Origin: an uncultured Fidelibacterota bacterium
GTDB taxonomy: Bacteria > Fidelibacterota > Marinisomatia > Marinisomatales > Marinisomataceae
Length of the DNA stretch: 64,000 nt
Reading direction: 5' to 3'
Assembly (NCBI GenBank): GCA_902526795.1
Contig: CABZMF010000001.1
Coordinates: 71,458 to 135,457 of the forward strand
The position numbers and the translations under genes were made by a program. Position 1 is the first letter of the stretch. Every line of letters begins with the position of its first letter. Positions 46,298 to 56,247 of this stretch are shown here, in pieces. The notes under the pieces are model-generated. The model did no database searches. It saw only the letters and a list, made by a program, of their open reading frames with translations, and had not been told where the DNA came from.

Positions 46298-48988
46298 TTA
46301 GTAGTTGATTGTTACCCCAAAATTAAATTGTTTTGGAGCACCCATACGAACTCTTAAGTTTGCAACGTCTCCAGAACCATCGTAAGCATCTACAAAATCA
46401 CCGATGTATAATTCATCAGTCATATTGAACACAGAGTAGTTAAATGTTACGTCTCTGTCCATAATTTCTGTACCATAGCTTAATTGTAAGTTATAGATGG
46501 TTTTTCTTTCGGTTTCATAAGCATCATCAGCAAAAGTGTTACCTTCACCAAGTAAGAATGCTAAGTCCTGAATAGCACCACTATAACCCCATCTTGGGTA
46601 TTGTCTAGCAAAAGATTCAGCTTCAACAGATGCTTTTAATCTGTTAAAGAAACCAGTTACCATTAATACAGTTTGTGATTGTGGAGCACCTGAAATCATA
46701 ACATCTTTTACATATAAATTAAAAGTTTCTGAACTAGTGTCATCACCTTCAATTGAATTATATGTGTATGTTAGATCATCAGTAAATCTCCAGTCACTTT
46801 CATGACCTCTAAGATCTATTCTTAATACTGGAATTGGTTGATAAGCAACAGAGTATTCTAAACCTGTATGCAATTCGCTTAATCCAGTAATGCTGAAAAA
46901 TGATTCCACACCATTTAGGTCTTCAGAAGTACCACTTTGAGCTCTATCAGACCAAAGCGCATAGTAATAATTCAAACTACCAGCCCATTGACCATTTAAA
47001 GACTTAAATCTAGTACCTACATCAAACCATGTTGCAGTTTCATTCTCGAAGCCTTCATTTTTAATCATGTTTACATCATCAATTAATTTATCTAATGATG
47101 GTGTCATAGCAGAGTAACTTACATTACCAAATAATTGCCATACATCGCTTAAAGCACGACTTCCACCAAGTTTCATTTGATATCCTAATTCAGCATCAGC
47201 TTCAATTTTTAGGTTGTCAAGCGTGAAATGATCTTGTGCTGTATAGCTAGCAGTTGTAGCACCAAACATTGCAAATGCATTTGTTCCTGCACCGTCATCA
47301 TAATTTGCTTGAACATATCCACCTAACCAGTCTACAGTATTAGTGTTGTCATAGTATAACTTGTCACCAAGTGTTCTATGTCTTTGTTCTTCTGACCAAT
47401 TTGGATTAGAAGTATTATAGAAGAAATCACCACCTAATAAATCATAGACTTGACGATAGTGTTCAACTTTAGCAGTTCTGACATCAAGACCCACGGTCAT
47501 AGATACAGTGTCTGTCATTTCTCTTTCCATTTTAGACATTATACCATAAGTAGACTGATTATTTCTGCTTCCTCTAAGAACACCTCTGGATTCATAGCCG
47601 TAGCCAGCTTTATATTGAGCATCGGACATATTACGTGCAATTGTTGCATCATAATCTCTTGTACCATTGCTACCCCAAAGAATAGAGCCAGCAGAACCTG
47701 AACCACCACCTTCACCACCTGAGTAGTAGAAAGAAGTAGCCATTGTAGTAGAATCATCAAGATTCGAATACCAGTTCAACTGAACAATTGGTTTGTGGAA
47801 ATAATTATTTCTTTCGTTAATCATAGTTGTTGAGCGTTGATCTCTTGCCTTATAATTCCAGCCATCAAATGGTACCCAACTAGCTACAGCTCTCTTACCT
47901 GTGTAAGGAGTTTCTAGATAGTCAGCTCTAGGATTATAATCTAAACCATACTCATCTCTTAGGTCTTCTTCAGCAACACCCATTTCAAGTGCTAATTCAT
48001 GACTGTAGTTTGAAATACGATTGTTCCAAAAGTTTTGTCCATGAAACTGAGGAGAACCTAATGCGATAAACTCTAAACGATTATCATTGTTTACAGAGTA
48101 TGATGCATTAAAGTAGTAAGACCAAGCATCTGAATAAGTACCAACAGCAAAAAGTTTATCAGCAGTTCTTCTTGAAGCTGACATCATCATTGCTAGTTTA
48201 CCATCCATTAATAAGCCAGTATTTAAAGTAACAGCAGTCTTTGAATACTGATGTTCACCGGCTTCTTGTTTTATAACAACGCCTGGTTCAGTTGATGCTG
48301 GTGCACTCATAAAGTTCACCACACCACCTAAACTTGGTGTTGCAAGATTAACGGATCCTGCTCCTCTTTGAACCTGAACAACAGATGCAACGTCAGCAAG
48401 TACACTCCAGTTGGAGAAGTATAAATTACCGTTTTCCATGTCATTCATAGGAACTCCGTTAATTAAATATGATGTGTAACGATCGTCAAAACCACGAACG
48501 TAAACATTTTCATCATCCCAACCACCACCATTTTCAACGTAAACGTTTGGTAGGGTTGATAGAGCTTTTGGCAATCCACGGCCACCTAATCTGAAATCAA
48601 TTTCAGCTTTGGTGTATTCATTAAATGGGATTGCTGAGGTGTTGTCTACACGTTCAGCAAGTACTTCAACACCGCCTAACGCGACGGATGCTGATTCCAG
48701 CGTAAAGTTTGCAGATGCGTTAGAACCTGAAACTCTCACTGTTGCACTTGAAGATTTGTAACCGACAACACTGGCAGTTACTGTGTAGCTACCATCAGGA
48801 ACATTTATAGAATATCCACCGCTTAATGTAGCAGCAGCACCTAATGTTGTTCCTTCAACCACAACATTTGCCCCTGGCAAAGCATTACCATCTGCATCTG
48901 AAACAGACCCAGAGATGGTACCTTGGCCAAAGAGAGCGCCTGAAATCATAATGATTCCAACTAGCGCACCAAGAATCGAACGATTCAT
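46298..48988 (-). CDS. TonB-dependent outer-membrane receptor with an N-terminal carboxypeptidase-regulatory-like (CarboxypepD_reg) domain
   Basis: About 896 aa from ATG 48988 (AAGGAG Shine-Dalgarno 6 nt upstream; signal peptide MNRSILGALVGIIMISGALFGQ). GTISGSVSDADGNALPGANVVV domain, plug region, long beta-barrel ending ...FGVTINY. The track start at 49018 adds 10 aa. Confidence 0.85.
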   Translation of the reverse strand: MNRSILGALVGIIMISGALFGQGTISGSVSDADGNALPGANVVVEGTTLGAAATLSGGYSINVPDGSYTVTASVVGYKSSSATVRVSGSNASANFTLESASVALGGVEVLAERVDNTSAIPFNEYTKAEIDFRLGGRGLPKALSTLPNVYVENGGGWDDENVYVRGFDDRYTSYLINGVPMNDMENGNLYFSNWSVLADVASVVQVQRGAGSVNLATPSLGGVVNFMSAPASTEPGVVIKQEAGEHQYSKTAVTLNTGLLMDGKLAMMMSASRRTADKLFAVGTYSDAWSYYFNASYSVNNDNRLEFIALGSPQFHGQNFWNNRISNYSHELALEMGVAEEDLRDEYGLDYNPRADYLETPYTGKRAVASWVPFDGWNYKARDQRSTTMINERNNYFHKPIVQLNWYSNLDDSTTMATSFYYSGGEGGGSGSAGSILWGSNGTRDYDATIARNMSDAQYKAGYGYESRGVLRGSRNNQSTYGIMSKMEREMTDTVSMTVGLDVRTAKVEHYRQVYDLLGGDFFYNTSNPNWSEEQRHRTLGDKLYYDNTNTVDWLGGYVQANYDDGAGTNAFAMFGATTASYTAQDHFTLDNLKIEADAELGYQMKLGGSRALSDVWQLFGNVSYSAMTPSLDKLIDDVNMIKNEGFENETATWFDVGTRFKSLNGQWAGSLNYYYALWSDRAQSGTSEDLNGVESFFSITGLSELHTGLEYSVAYQPIPVLRIDLRGHESDWRFTDDLTYTYNSIEGDDTSSETFNLYVKDVMISGAPQSQTVLMVTGFFNRLKASVEAESFARQYPRWGYSGAIQDLAFLLGEGNTFADDAYETERKTIYNLQLSYGTEIMDRDVTFNYSVFNMTDELYIGDFVDAYDGSGDVANLRVRMGAPKQFNFGVTINY

Positions 48989-49035
48989 AGTTAACTCCTT
49001 TTTCTCGGTTATCTTCATATATTAATATATTTACT

Positions 49036-49057
49036 AAGGATACACGCGAGTATCCTT
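49036..49057. promoter_or_regulatory. Perfect 8-bp inverted repeat in the TBDR leader / divergent promoter region
   Basis: AAGGATAC-ACGCGA-GTATCCTT. It is the only GC-containing palindrome in the 219-nt AT-rich spacer between the TBDR start (48988) and the DegT gene (49208). Confidence 0.3.
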
Positions 49058-49207
49058 CAGCAAAGTTCAACTATTTATATCAAAAAAACAAACGATTATT
49101 TAACATTATAAATTTCTTATTATTCTCAAACAAAAATTCATTTAAAAAACCATTTTTAATTAATTTTTATCATTCAGAAAATAAATTCGTTAATTTACTA
49201 TCAAATT

Positions 49208-50317
49208 ATGGAATTTTTAGACTTAAAGACTCAACAAAAACGTATACGAAAACCTCTTGAAAAGAGAATTCACAAAATTCTGGATCATGGTGCATATATA
49301 ATGGGACCAGAGGTATTTGAACTTGAGGAAAAATTGGCAGATTATTGTGGAGTGAAACATGCCATTTCATGTTCATCTGGAACTGATGCATTGCTAATAC
49401 CTTTAATGGCTTGGGGAATAGGTCCAGGAGACGCAGTCTTTACGACGCCTTTTACCTATGTGGCTACTGCAGAAGTAATTTCTATTCTTGGTGCAACACC
49501 GGTTTTTGTCGATGTTTATGAATCCACTTACAACATTGATTGTGAAAAATTAGAAACTGAAATAAATAAAGTGATTAATGAAGGGAAGCTCAAGCCTAAA
49601 GCAATTATTCCTGTTGATTTGTTTGGACTTCCTGCCAGATATAGATTAATAAATAAAATTGCTAAGAAATATAATTTGAAAGTTATCGAAGATGCAGCAC
49701 AAAGTTTTGGAGGTTCTATTAGAAATAAGAAAGTTGGTACTTTTGGAGATGTTGCTGCAACATCATTTTATCCAGCTAAACCTCTTGGATGTTATGGTGA
49801 TGGTGGTGCAATTTTTACAAATGACGAGGACTTAGCTGAAGAGTGCAAAGCAATTCGTATTCATGGTACCAAAAAAGATAAATACAATAGTGAAATGATT
49901 GGGTTAAATGGTAGGCTGGATAGTATTCAAGCAGCAGTTTTATTAGAAAAATTATCTGTTTTTAACGATGAGTTGGAAATGAGAAATGAAGTTAATTCTT
50001 ATTACAGGAAACATTTAAACAATGCACAGCATCATCCTGAGCAGTATGAATCCGCCCACGCATTATTTTCAATTACACTAGGTTCTGAAAGTAAAAGAGA
50101 TAAGCTAATTGATAGACTAAATAATGCAAAAATACCTAGTGTTATTTATTATAAATTTCCTATTCATTTAATGGAAGGTTTTAGATACTTAGGCTATAAG
50201 AAGAAAGACCTATCAATATCAGAAACTCTTTCAGCAAATATTGTTAGTTTACCCATGCATCCATATTTAAAAACAAGAGATATCGATAAGATAATTAAAT
50301 GCATTAAAGGTAACTAA
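49208..50317 (+). CDS. DegT/DnrJ/EryC1/StrS-family PLP-dependent sugar aminotransferase
   Basis: 369 aa. Family motifs (AISCSSGTDAL, IEDAAQSFGG, PLP-lysine region SFYPAKPLGCYGDGGAIFT, IHG). Confidence 0.85.
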   Translation: MEFLDLKTQQKRIRKPLEKRIHKILDHGAYIMGPEVFELEEKLADYCGVKHAISCSSGTDALLIPLMAWGIGPGDAVFTTPFTYVATAEVISILGATPVFVDVYESTYNIDCEKLETEINKVINEGKLKPKAIIPVDLFGLPARYRLINKIAKKYNLKVIEDAAQSFGGSIRNKKVGTFGDVAATSFYPAKPLGCYGDGGAIFTNDEDLAEECKAIRIHGTKKDKYNSEMIGLNGRLDSIQAAVLLEKLSVFNDELEMRNEVNSYYRKHLNNAQHHPEQYESAHALFSITLGSESKRDKLIDRLNNAKIPSVIYYKFPIHLMEGFRYLGYKKKDLSISETLSANIVSLPMHPYLKTRDIDKIIKCIKGN

Positions 50318-51591
50318 AAAGCATAAGAGAGACTCAAACCAGATTCCAAGTCATTTTCATCGCCAATTAGTATTATACTTACAGAAATTTTTTCAATATT
50401 ATGAGAATATTTCAAATTATATTTTATAATATCATAAACATTAATCTTTCTAAAAACACTCAACTTAAATGTATCCCCATTAAAATCTTTTAAAAATCCA
50501 AAGTTAACTATTTTTGATTTTTCAATAATTTCTTCTGCATTAATAAATGGATTTCCAATGTTCATATCAATATATTTCCACCCATTATTATATTGATAGT
50601 TCCAATAATAAATGTCATTTTGGTATGGAGGATCAATACAACAGTTAGTTGTATTTATAAATTCAAATAAATAGTTATTTTTTTTAGTTTTATTAATTAA
50701 TTCAATACCCCAAAGACCGTCCGTCTTATTAGCAAATCTCAGGCTACTTGTATCCTCAAAATAATGTTGATAATATAATTTTATATCTCTTTTTTTAAAC
50801 TTTTTAGCAACATAAAAATCCCATATACCATTATGACTTCCTAATGCATTTGCATGTGGTTCATCTTCCAATTTTGGGCCATCTGCCGCAATTATGACTT
50901 TAAGAAAATCTTTAAATGAATCTGGCTGATTACCTGGATTATTATTATGAATTGTATCAATGGTTGTTCCTGCCCAAATTGCAGCATGAACTATACCAAT
51001 TCCATAATTAACTTGCTTTGATTTTCCAAAGTTTAAATAAATGAATTTTTCATGAATGAATGGACCATCCAGATAAAATTTATTTTTCTTTAAAAATCCA
51101 TGTGATAAACCCCAATTTAATTCACTATTTATTATCTTATTAAAATTTCTAACTCCTGAAATACCTATTCTTGGAATGGCTTGTGCATTATTACTAATAA
51201 TTAATGAGCCTGAAGTTAAATCATCATTAAGGTATTGACTAAACTCTCTGAAATATTTACCCAAAGTAATGTGATAATTTTTGCTAGGTTTATACCTAAC
51301 AAAAGATTCACCTAAACCAAGTTTAGGCTTAATGGAAAAGCCGTTAGAAGTTGAAATTTGATAATATAATTTACTGTTAGGTTTTGATGACCAAATTAAA
51401 TTAAATGTATTATTTTGATTAATTATCCCTTTATTATTGAAAGACATCCATAATTTTTTATTTTTTAATGATGAGAATTCAAATTTTAGGCTCTGATCTT
51501 TTGCATGAAGACCGCTGTTAAAAACGCTGAAATAAAATAAAATTTTAAAGATAAAAATGACATTATTTATTTTAATATTTTTTTTAACCAT
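50314..51591 (-). CDS. Outer-membrane beta-barrel protein, possibly capsule assembly Wzi-like
   Basis: 425 aa. Signal peptide, alternating beta-strand pattern, C-terminal ...LSLSYAF (terminal aromatic). YYQHYFED region recalled from Wzi-family proteins. Polysaccharide-locus context. Confidence 0.4.
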   Translation of the reverse strand: MVKKNIKINNVIFIFKILFYFSVFNSGLHAKDQSLKFEFSSLKNKKLWMSFNNKGIINQNNTFNLIWSSKPNSKLYYQISTSNGFSIKPKLGLGESFVRYKPSKNYHITLGKYFREFSQYLNDDLTSGSLIISNNAQAIPRIGISGVRNFNKIINSELNWGLSHGFLKKNKFYLDGPFIHEKFIYLNFGKSKQVNYGIGIVHAAIWAGTTIDTIHNNNPGNQPDSFKDFLKVIIAADGPKLEDEPHANALGSHNGIWDFYVAKKFKKRDIKLYYQHYFEDTSSLRFANKTDGLWGIELINKTKKNNYLFEFINTTNCCIDPPYQNDIYYWNYQYNNGWKYIDMNIGNPFINAEEIIEKSKIVNFGFLKDFNGDTFKLSVFRKINVYDIIKYNLKYSHNIEKISVSIILIGDENDLESGLSLSYAF

Positions 51592-51638
51592 AGTTCTTTA
51601 ATTTGCCGATTATATTTAAAAAAAACAATTTTGCGTTT

Positions 51639-52604
51639 ATGAAAAATTTAAAAAAAGTTAATTTATTTGTTGTGGGCGCCGCTAAGAGTGGAACAACTGC
51701 ATTGTATCGCTTCTTAAATTTACATCCAGAAATTTTTTTAAGTCCAATTAAAGAACCTCATTATTTTTCAAAAGATATTAGATTTTCCAACTTTTCTGAT
51801 AATTATCGAAAGAGGAACTATTTTGACCTCAAAAAATATTTTGCAAAAGAAGTCTTAGAATTTAAACAGATTGCATTTATCGAAGAGAGCAAGCATTATG
51901 AAAGTCTTTTTAAAAATAGTTCCAGTGAAAAGTATCTTGGTGAAATAAGTAATGGATATTTAATTAGCAAAAACGCATACAAAGAGATTTATAAATACAA
52001 CAAAAATTCAAAAATAATAATGATTTTAAGAAATCCTTTGGAGAGAGCTTTTTCACATTGGAGACAGGAATTTAGGGCAGGTTTTAGTAATTCAGATAAC
52101 TTTTACGATGATATAGTTAAAGACTATAATCTAAATGATTGGCAATGGGGTGGCATTTCTAATACATATGTACAATTAGGTTTATATTCAGATCAGATTA
52201 AAAAATATTTTGACTTATTTCCAAAAAAAAACATTAAAGTTTTTTTATATGATGATTTAATTAATAATCCAAAAAAATTACGTAAAGATTTATTTAATTT
52301 TTTAAATATTAGTGATTTTGAAGTAGATTTTTCTAAAAGATATAATTCAGATTTTGAAGGAAAAAATTTTACTATAAATGAATTATTCAAATTTTATAGA
52401 AAACACGATTATTACTTAAAGCATTTTGTTCCGAATCCTATCAAAATAAGATTAAAGAAGCTACTATTTAGAAATAAAAAAGCTTTTAATACAATAAGCA
52501 ATGAAGAAAAAAATAAGCTTATTTATTATTTTTCTGATGATATTACAAAGACTGCAAAGTTATTAAACAGAGACTTATCGAACTGGATGTTTAGTAAAAA
52601 TTAA
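51639..52604 (+). CDS. PAPS-dependent sulfotransferase
   Basis: 5'-PSB motif VVGAAKSGTTAL and 3'-PB motif LRNPLERAFSHW. I prefer the ATG at 51639 over the TTG at 51603. Confidence 0.8.
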   Translation: MKNLKKVNLFVVGAAKSGTTALYRFLNLHPEIFLSPIKEPHYFSKDIRFSNFSDNYRKRNYFDLKKYFAKEVLEFKQIAFIEESKHYESLFKNSSSEKYLGEISNGYLISKNAYKEIYKYNKNSKIIMILRNPLERAFSHWRQEFRAGFSNSDNFYDDIVKDYNLNDWQWGGISNTYVQLGLYSDQIKKYFDLFPKKNIKVFLYDDLINNPKKLRKDLFNFLNISDFEVDFSKRYNSDFEGKNFTINELFKFYRKHDYYLKHFVPNPIKIRLKKLLFRNKKAFNTISNEEKNKLIYYFSDDITKTAKLLNRDLSNWMFSKN

Positions 52605-52650
52605 TATTTAGTATGTTCATTACAATGTTTAAGTTTAAATTGAAAATCAT

Positions 52651-54549
52651 ATGAAGCTTTTTATAACTATGTGTTTATTTACTTTTGTCACAGGACAAAA
52701 TTTATCTGATATTAATTCTTTATCAACCCAAAATATTAATGACCTAAAAGCACTTGAAAAAAAAATTGATTTAGAAGAAGAATTTGAGAATAAAGAGCTG
52801 TACAGTGAAGATTTAAGTGATGTTAATATTATTAGTGAAGACGAATCACAGACAATTGATAGTAAATTTTTTGGTTACGATTATTTTGAAAGAGATATTA
52901 GTTTTTTTGACAATTTACCAACACCAAGTAATTATTTATTAGGTCCGGGAGATGAAATTTTTATTTCTATGTGGGGCGAAAATAATTCAAGAGAAAATTA
53001 TTTAATTAATAAAGACGGTATGATCTTCTATGAAAATATAGGTTTTATTAGTTTATCTAATCTTACACTTACTGAAGCAAAAAATGTTTTGGTAGAAAAA
53101 TTATCTAATGTTTTTTCTACATTACAAAGTACTGATAATCCTACTGATTTGAGCGTTGAACTTGGTAAATTAAAATCAATAAATATTTATATAACTGGTC
53201 AAGTAAATAATCCAGGAATTAATTTAATTCATCCTTTTTCAAACATATTTACAGCCTTAGTTCAGTCTGGCGGCATTAAAAGTCAAGGAAGTTTGAGGCA
53301 AATCAAGCACATAAGAAATGGTGAGATTATACAAAATATTGATTTCTATCAACTTTTTATAAATGGAGTATATAGCTTTAAACAAGAAAATTTAATAGAT
53401 GGTGATATTATACATGTGCCAGTTATTAAAACAAGGGTCGATATTGAGGGTGAAGTTAAATTACCTCTTTCATTTGAATTACTTCCTAATGAACAGTTAT
53501 CTGATTTAGTAAATTTTGCAGGAGGATTTTCCTCAAATGCATCAAATTACATAACTATAGATCAAGTTATTCCCATTACAGAAAGATTATCAGAAGATAA
53601 TGCTAAGTCAAGCATAAACGTATCATTTAGTCAATCTAAATCAACCAAGTTAAATAATGGAGATAAAGTAATTGTACTTCCAATTAAGGACGTTCAATCA
53701 AAGGTGGAAATTTATGGTAAAATTAAAAATCCTGGAAAATATGCTGCACAAGGAATGTCATTAAAAAATATTTTAGATATTGCTGGTGGATTTGACGATC
53801 CAATTTTTAGGAAAACCATTCAAGATGATATTGTAATATTAAGAAAAGATGAAAATCAATTCTATAGTAATGAAATTATCATAAATTATAATGATGCTGA
53901 TTCTTTTCCTTTAAAAGTTGATGATAAAATATTCGTATATGAAAACATAAATTATAGAAATAGTTTCACTTACCGAGTTGAAGGCGAAGTTAATAAGCCA
54001 GGTACATATCCATTAAAGAGAGGTATTACTGTTGGACAAGCAATAGATTTATCAGGTGGTTTAACTGAACTTTCAACGTTTGAAAATATTGTTGTTAGCC
54101 AAGAATTTACAAATATTGATGAAGATGGAAATGAAGTGTCTATCATAGAAAATGTTGCAAACGTTACACTAGATTTTGAATTGAGTCAAAATTCTATTAT
54201 AAAAGTCATTCCTTTTGAAAATGTAGTGAGTGTGAAAGGCAATGTTTACAATCCTGGATTAGTTGCTTTCGAAAAGGGTATTACGATGACTGATGCAATT
54301 ATACAAGCAGGAGGTTATAAGCCTTACAGTCTAAAGAAAAGCAGTTATGTTAAAAGAGCAAATGGTGAAATAGATAAAGCTCAAATTTTTGGAGGAAGAA
54401 CAAAAAGATTAATGCCGGGTGACACTGTATTTGTTCCTGTAAATCCAGATCCATCTGATTTTGATTTGACAACTTTTGTAGCCGACTTGTCGACAACTCT
54501 TGCTAATATCGCTGCTATTCTTTTAATTGTTGATAATCAAAACGACTAA
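52651..54549 (+). CDS. Polysaccharide export protein (Wza-like; Poly_export domain plus multiple SLBB repeats)
   Basis: 632 aa. Signal peptide, YLLGPGDEIFISMWG...DGMIFYENIGFISLSNLTLTEA Poly_export motif, repeated V.V.GEV..PG.Y soluble-ligand-binding beta-grasp units, C-terminal hydrophobic helix. Confidence 0.8.
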   Translation: MKLFITMCLFTFVTGQNLSDINSLSTQNINDLKALEKKIDLEEEFENKELYSEDLSDVNIISEDESQTIDSKFFGYDYFERDISFFDNLPTPSNYLLGPGDEIFISMWGENNSRENYLINKDGMIFYENIGFISLSNLTLTEAKNVLVEKLSNVFSTLQSTDNPTDLSVELGKLKSINIYITGQVNNPGINLIHPFSNIFTALVQSGGIKSQGSLRQIKHIRNGEIIQNIDFYQLFINGVYSFKQENLIDGDIIHVPVIKTRVDIEGEVKLPLSFELLPNEQLSDLVNFAGGFSSNASNYITIDQVIPITERLSEDNAKSSINVSFSQSKSTKLNNGDKVIVLPIKDVQSKVEIYGKIKNPGKYAAQGMSLKNILDIAGGFDDPIFRKTIQDDIVILRKDENQFYSNEIIINYNDADSFPLKVDDKIFVYENINYRNSFTYRVEGEVNKPGTYPLKRGITVGQAIDLSGGLTELSTFENIVVSQEFTNIDEDGNEVSIIENVANVTLDFELSQNSIIKVIPFENVVSVKGNVYNPGLVAFEKGITMTDAIIQAGGYKPYSLKKSSYVKRANGEIDKAQIFGGRTKRLMPGDTVFVPVNPDPSDFDLTTFVADLSTTLANIAAILLIVDNQND

Positions 54550-54556
54550 AAATATA

Positions 54557-55300
54557 ATGAAGTTAATTCTTCTTCGACATGGTGAAAGTCAATGGAACCT
54601 TGAAAATAGATTTACAGGGTGGAAAGATGTTCCACTTACTAAATCGGGAATTATAGAAGCATCATTATCTGCCGAAAAATTAGTTGAGAATGATATCAAA
54701 CTATCAACAATTCAAACCTCGCTTTTACAAAGAGCAGTTAACACAGCAAAAATTATTTCAGAAAGAATGGAGTTCCCAGTTGAAAAAATTGAATATGATT
54801 GGCGTTTAAATGAAAGACATTACGGTGCATTAGAAGGATTAAATAAATCTGAAACAGCTTTAAAGTATGGAGAAAAGCAAGTACTTATTTGGAGAAGGAG
54901 TTATGATGTTGTTCCACCGCTTTTGGAGTCAAATGATAAAAGACATCCAAAATTTAATCTAGTGTTTAAAAATATCGAAGCAGAACTACCTTCCGGAGAA
55001 AGTTTAAAAAATGTAATTGATAGATTGAATCCATTCTGGGAAAATTATTTTGAAAACATAAAAAAAAATTTGGGAAATCATTTAATTGTTGCTCATAGTA
55101 ATTCTTTAAGAGCTATAATAAAAATATTAGAAAACTTGTCTGATGAAGAAATCATGTCTGTTAATATTCCTACAGGTGTTCCTTTAATTTATACTTTTAA
55201 TAATGATTTTAAAATTATTAATAAAAGTTTTTTAATTGATGAAAAGGATTTAATTAAAAAACAAAAAAAAATAGTCAATCAAGGGAAAATTAATAAATGA
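54557..55300 (+). CDS. gpmA: 2,3-bisphosphoglycerate-dependent phosphoglycerate mutase
   Basis: LILLRHGESQWNLENRFTGWKDVPLT, NERHYGALEGLNK, VAHSNSLRAI motifs match dPGM. I prefer the ATG at 54557 (8 nt after the wza-like stop) over the track start at 54527. Confidence 0.9.
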   Translation: MKLILLRHGESQWNLENRFTGWKDVPLTKSGIIEASLSAEKLVENDIKLSTIQTSLLQRAVNTAKIISERMEFPVEKIEYDWRLNERHYGALEGLNKSETALKYGEKQVLIWRRSYDVVPPLLESNDKRHPKFNLVFKNIEAELPSGESLKNVIDRLNPFWENYFENIKKNLGNHLIVAHSNSLRAIIKILENLSDEEIMSVNIPTGVPLIYTFNNDFKIINKSFLIDEKDLIKKQKKIVNQGKINK

Positions 55301-56247
55301 TAGACTTTACTAACATTAAAGTATTATTAATTGGAGATCTTATGATAGATCATTATATATATGGAGAATCAGATAGATTATCACCAGAAGCCCCTGTTCC
55401 TGTTATTATACCTAAACGAAATCAATATTTTGCAGGAGGCGCTGCAAATGTTGCAATGAATTTATCTCATTTAGGAGCAAAAGTTACATGCATAGGAGTT
55501 GTCGGAGATGATAAATATGGTAAACAATTATTAGATATATTAAGAAAAAATAATATTTGCATTGATAAAATTGAAATTCTAAAAAGTGAAATTACAACTC
55601 TAAAGCAGAGAATTTTTTGCAATGAAAGGCAAATAACAAGAATAGACCATGAAAAAATTTTTGATTGGAACCCAAGTATAAAATTTATATCAAACGAACT
55701 CAAGTTAAATTATGATGTAGTAATTTTATCAGATTATAATAAAGGGGTTGTAAATGATTCATGGCTCCAATTTATAAGTTGTAAAGATATGATTATTGAT
55801 CCTAAAAAAGATAACTTTTCAATTTATAAAAATGCAAAAATAATTACTCCAAACATGAATGAGCTCCAGAAAGTTTTTGATTTCGAGATAAATGAAAATT
55901 CAATCCAAAAAGCATGTAATCAATTAATTTCAGATTATAATTTTGAATATGTTATTGCTAAAAAAGGCGAAAAAGGTATAACAATAGTTGGAAAAGACAA
56001 TTTCATAAAGAATATTAAACCTCACTTGGTCAAAAATGCAGATGTTACAGGCGCTGGTGATACTGTTATATCTGCACTATCACTATTTTTCCATAAAGAA
56101 GGTGATATATCTAAAGCTGCAGAATTTGCAAATTATGCTGCAGCGATATCAGTTTCAAAAAAAGGAACTTCCTTTCCAAGAATTGGTGATTTAAAAAATT
56201 TTTTTAATAAAAAATCAATAAATGATAAAATGGAATTTGACCATTGA
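55297..56247 (+). CDS. PfkB-family sugar kinase resembling HldE domain I / HldA (D-glycero-beta-D-manno-heptose-7-phosphate kinase); no fused adenylyltransferase domain
   Basis: 316 aa. VLLIGDLMIDHYIYGESDRLSPEAPVPV N-terminus as in RfaE/HldE domain I; C-terminal DVTGAGDTV PfkB motif. ATGA overlap with gpmA. Confidence 0.75.
   Translation: MIDFTNIKVLLIGDLMIDHYIYGESDRLSPEAPVPVIIPKRNQYFAGGAANVAMNLSHLGAKVTCIGVVGDDKYGKQLLDILRKNNICIDKIEILKSEITTLKQRIFCNERQITRIDHEKIFDWNPSIKFISNELKLNYDVVILSDYNKGVVNDSWLQFISCKDMIIDPKKDNFSIYKNAKIITPNMNELQKVFDFEINENSIQKACNQLISDYNFEYVIAKKGEKGITIVGKDNFIKNIKPHLVKNADVTGAGDTVISALSLFFHKEGDISKAAEFANYAAAISVSKKGTSFPRIGDLKNFFNKKSINDKMEFDH

Noticed and set aside
54557-55300. GpmA-like protein acting as the missing heptose-bisphosphate phosphatase (GmhB substitute)
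   Set aside because: The sequence carries the full canonical dPGM signature set (RHGESQWN, NERHYGALEGLNK, AHSNSLRA) and has a typical length. GmhB is a HAD-family enzyme. Ordinary glycolytic GpmA is the simpler explanation.
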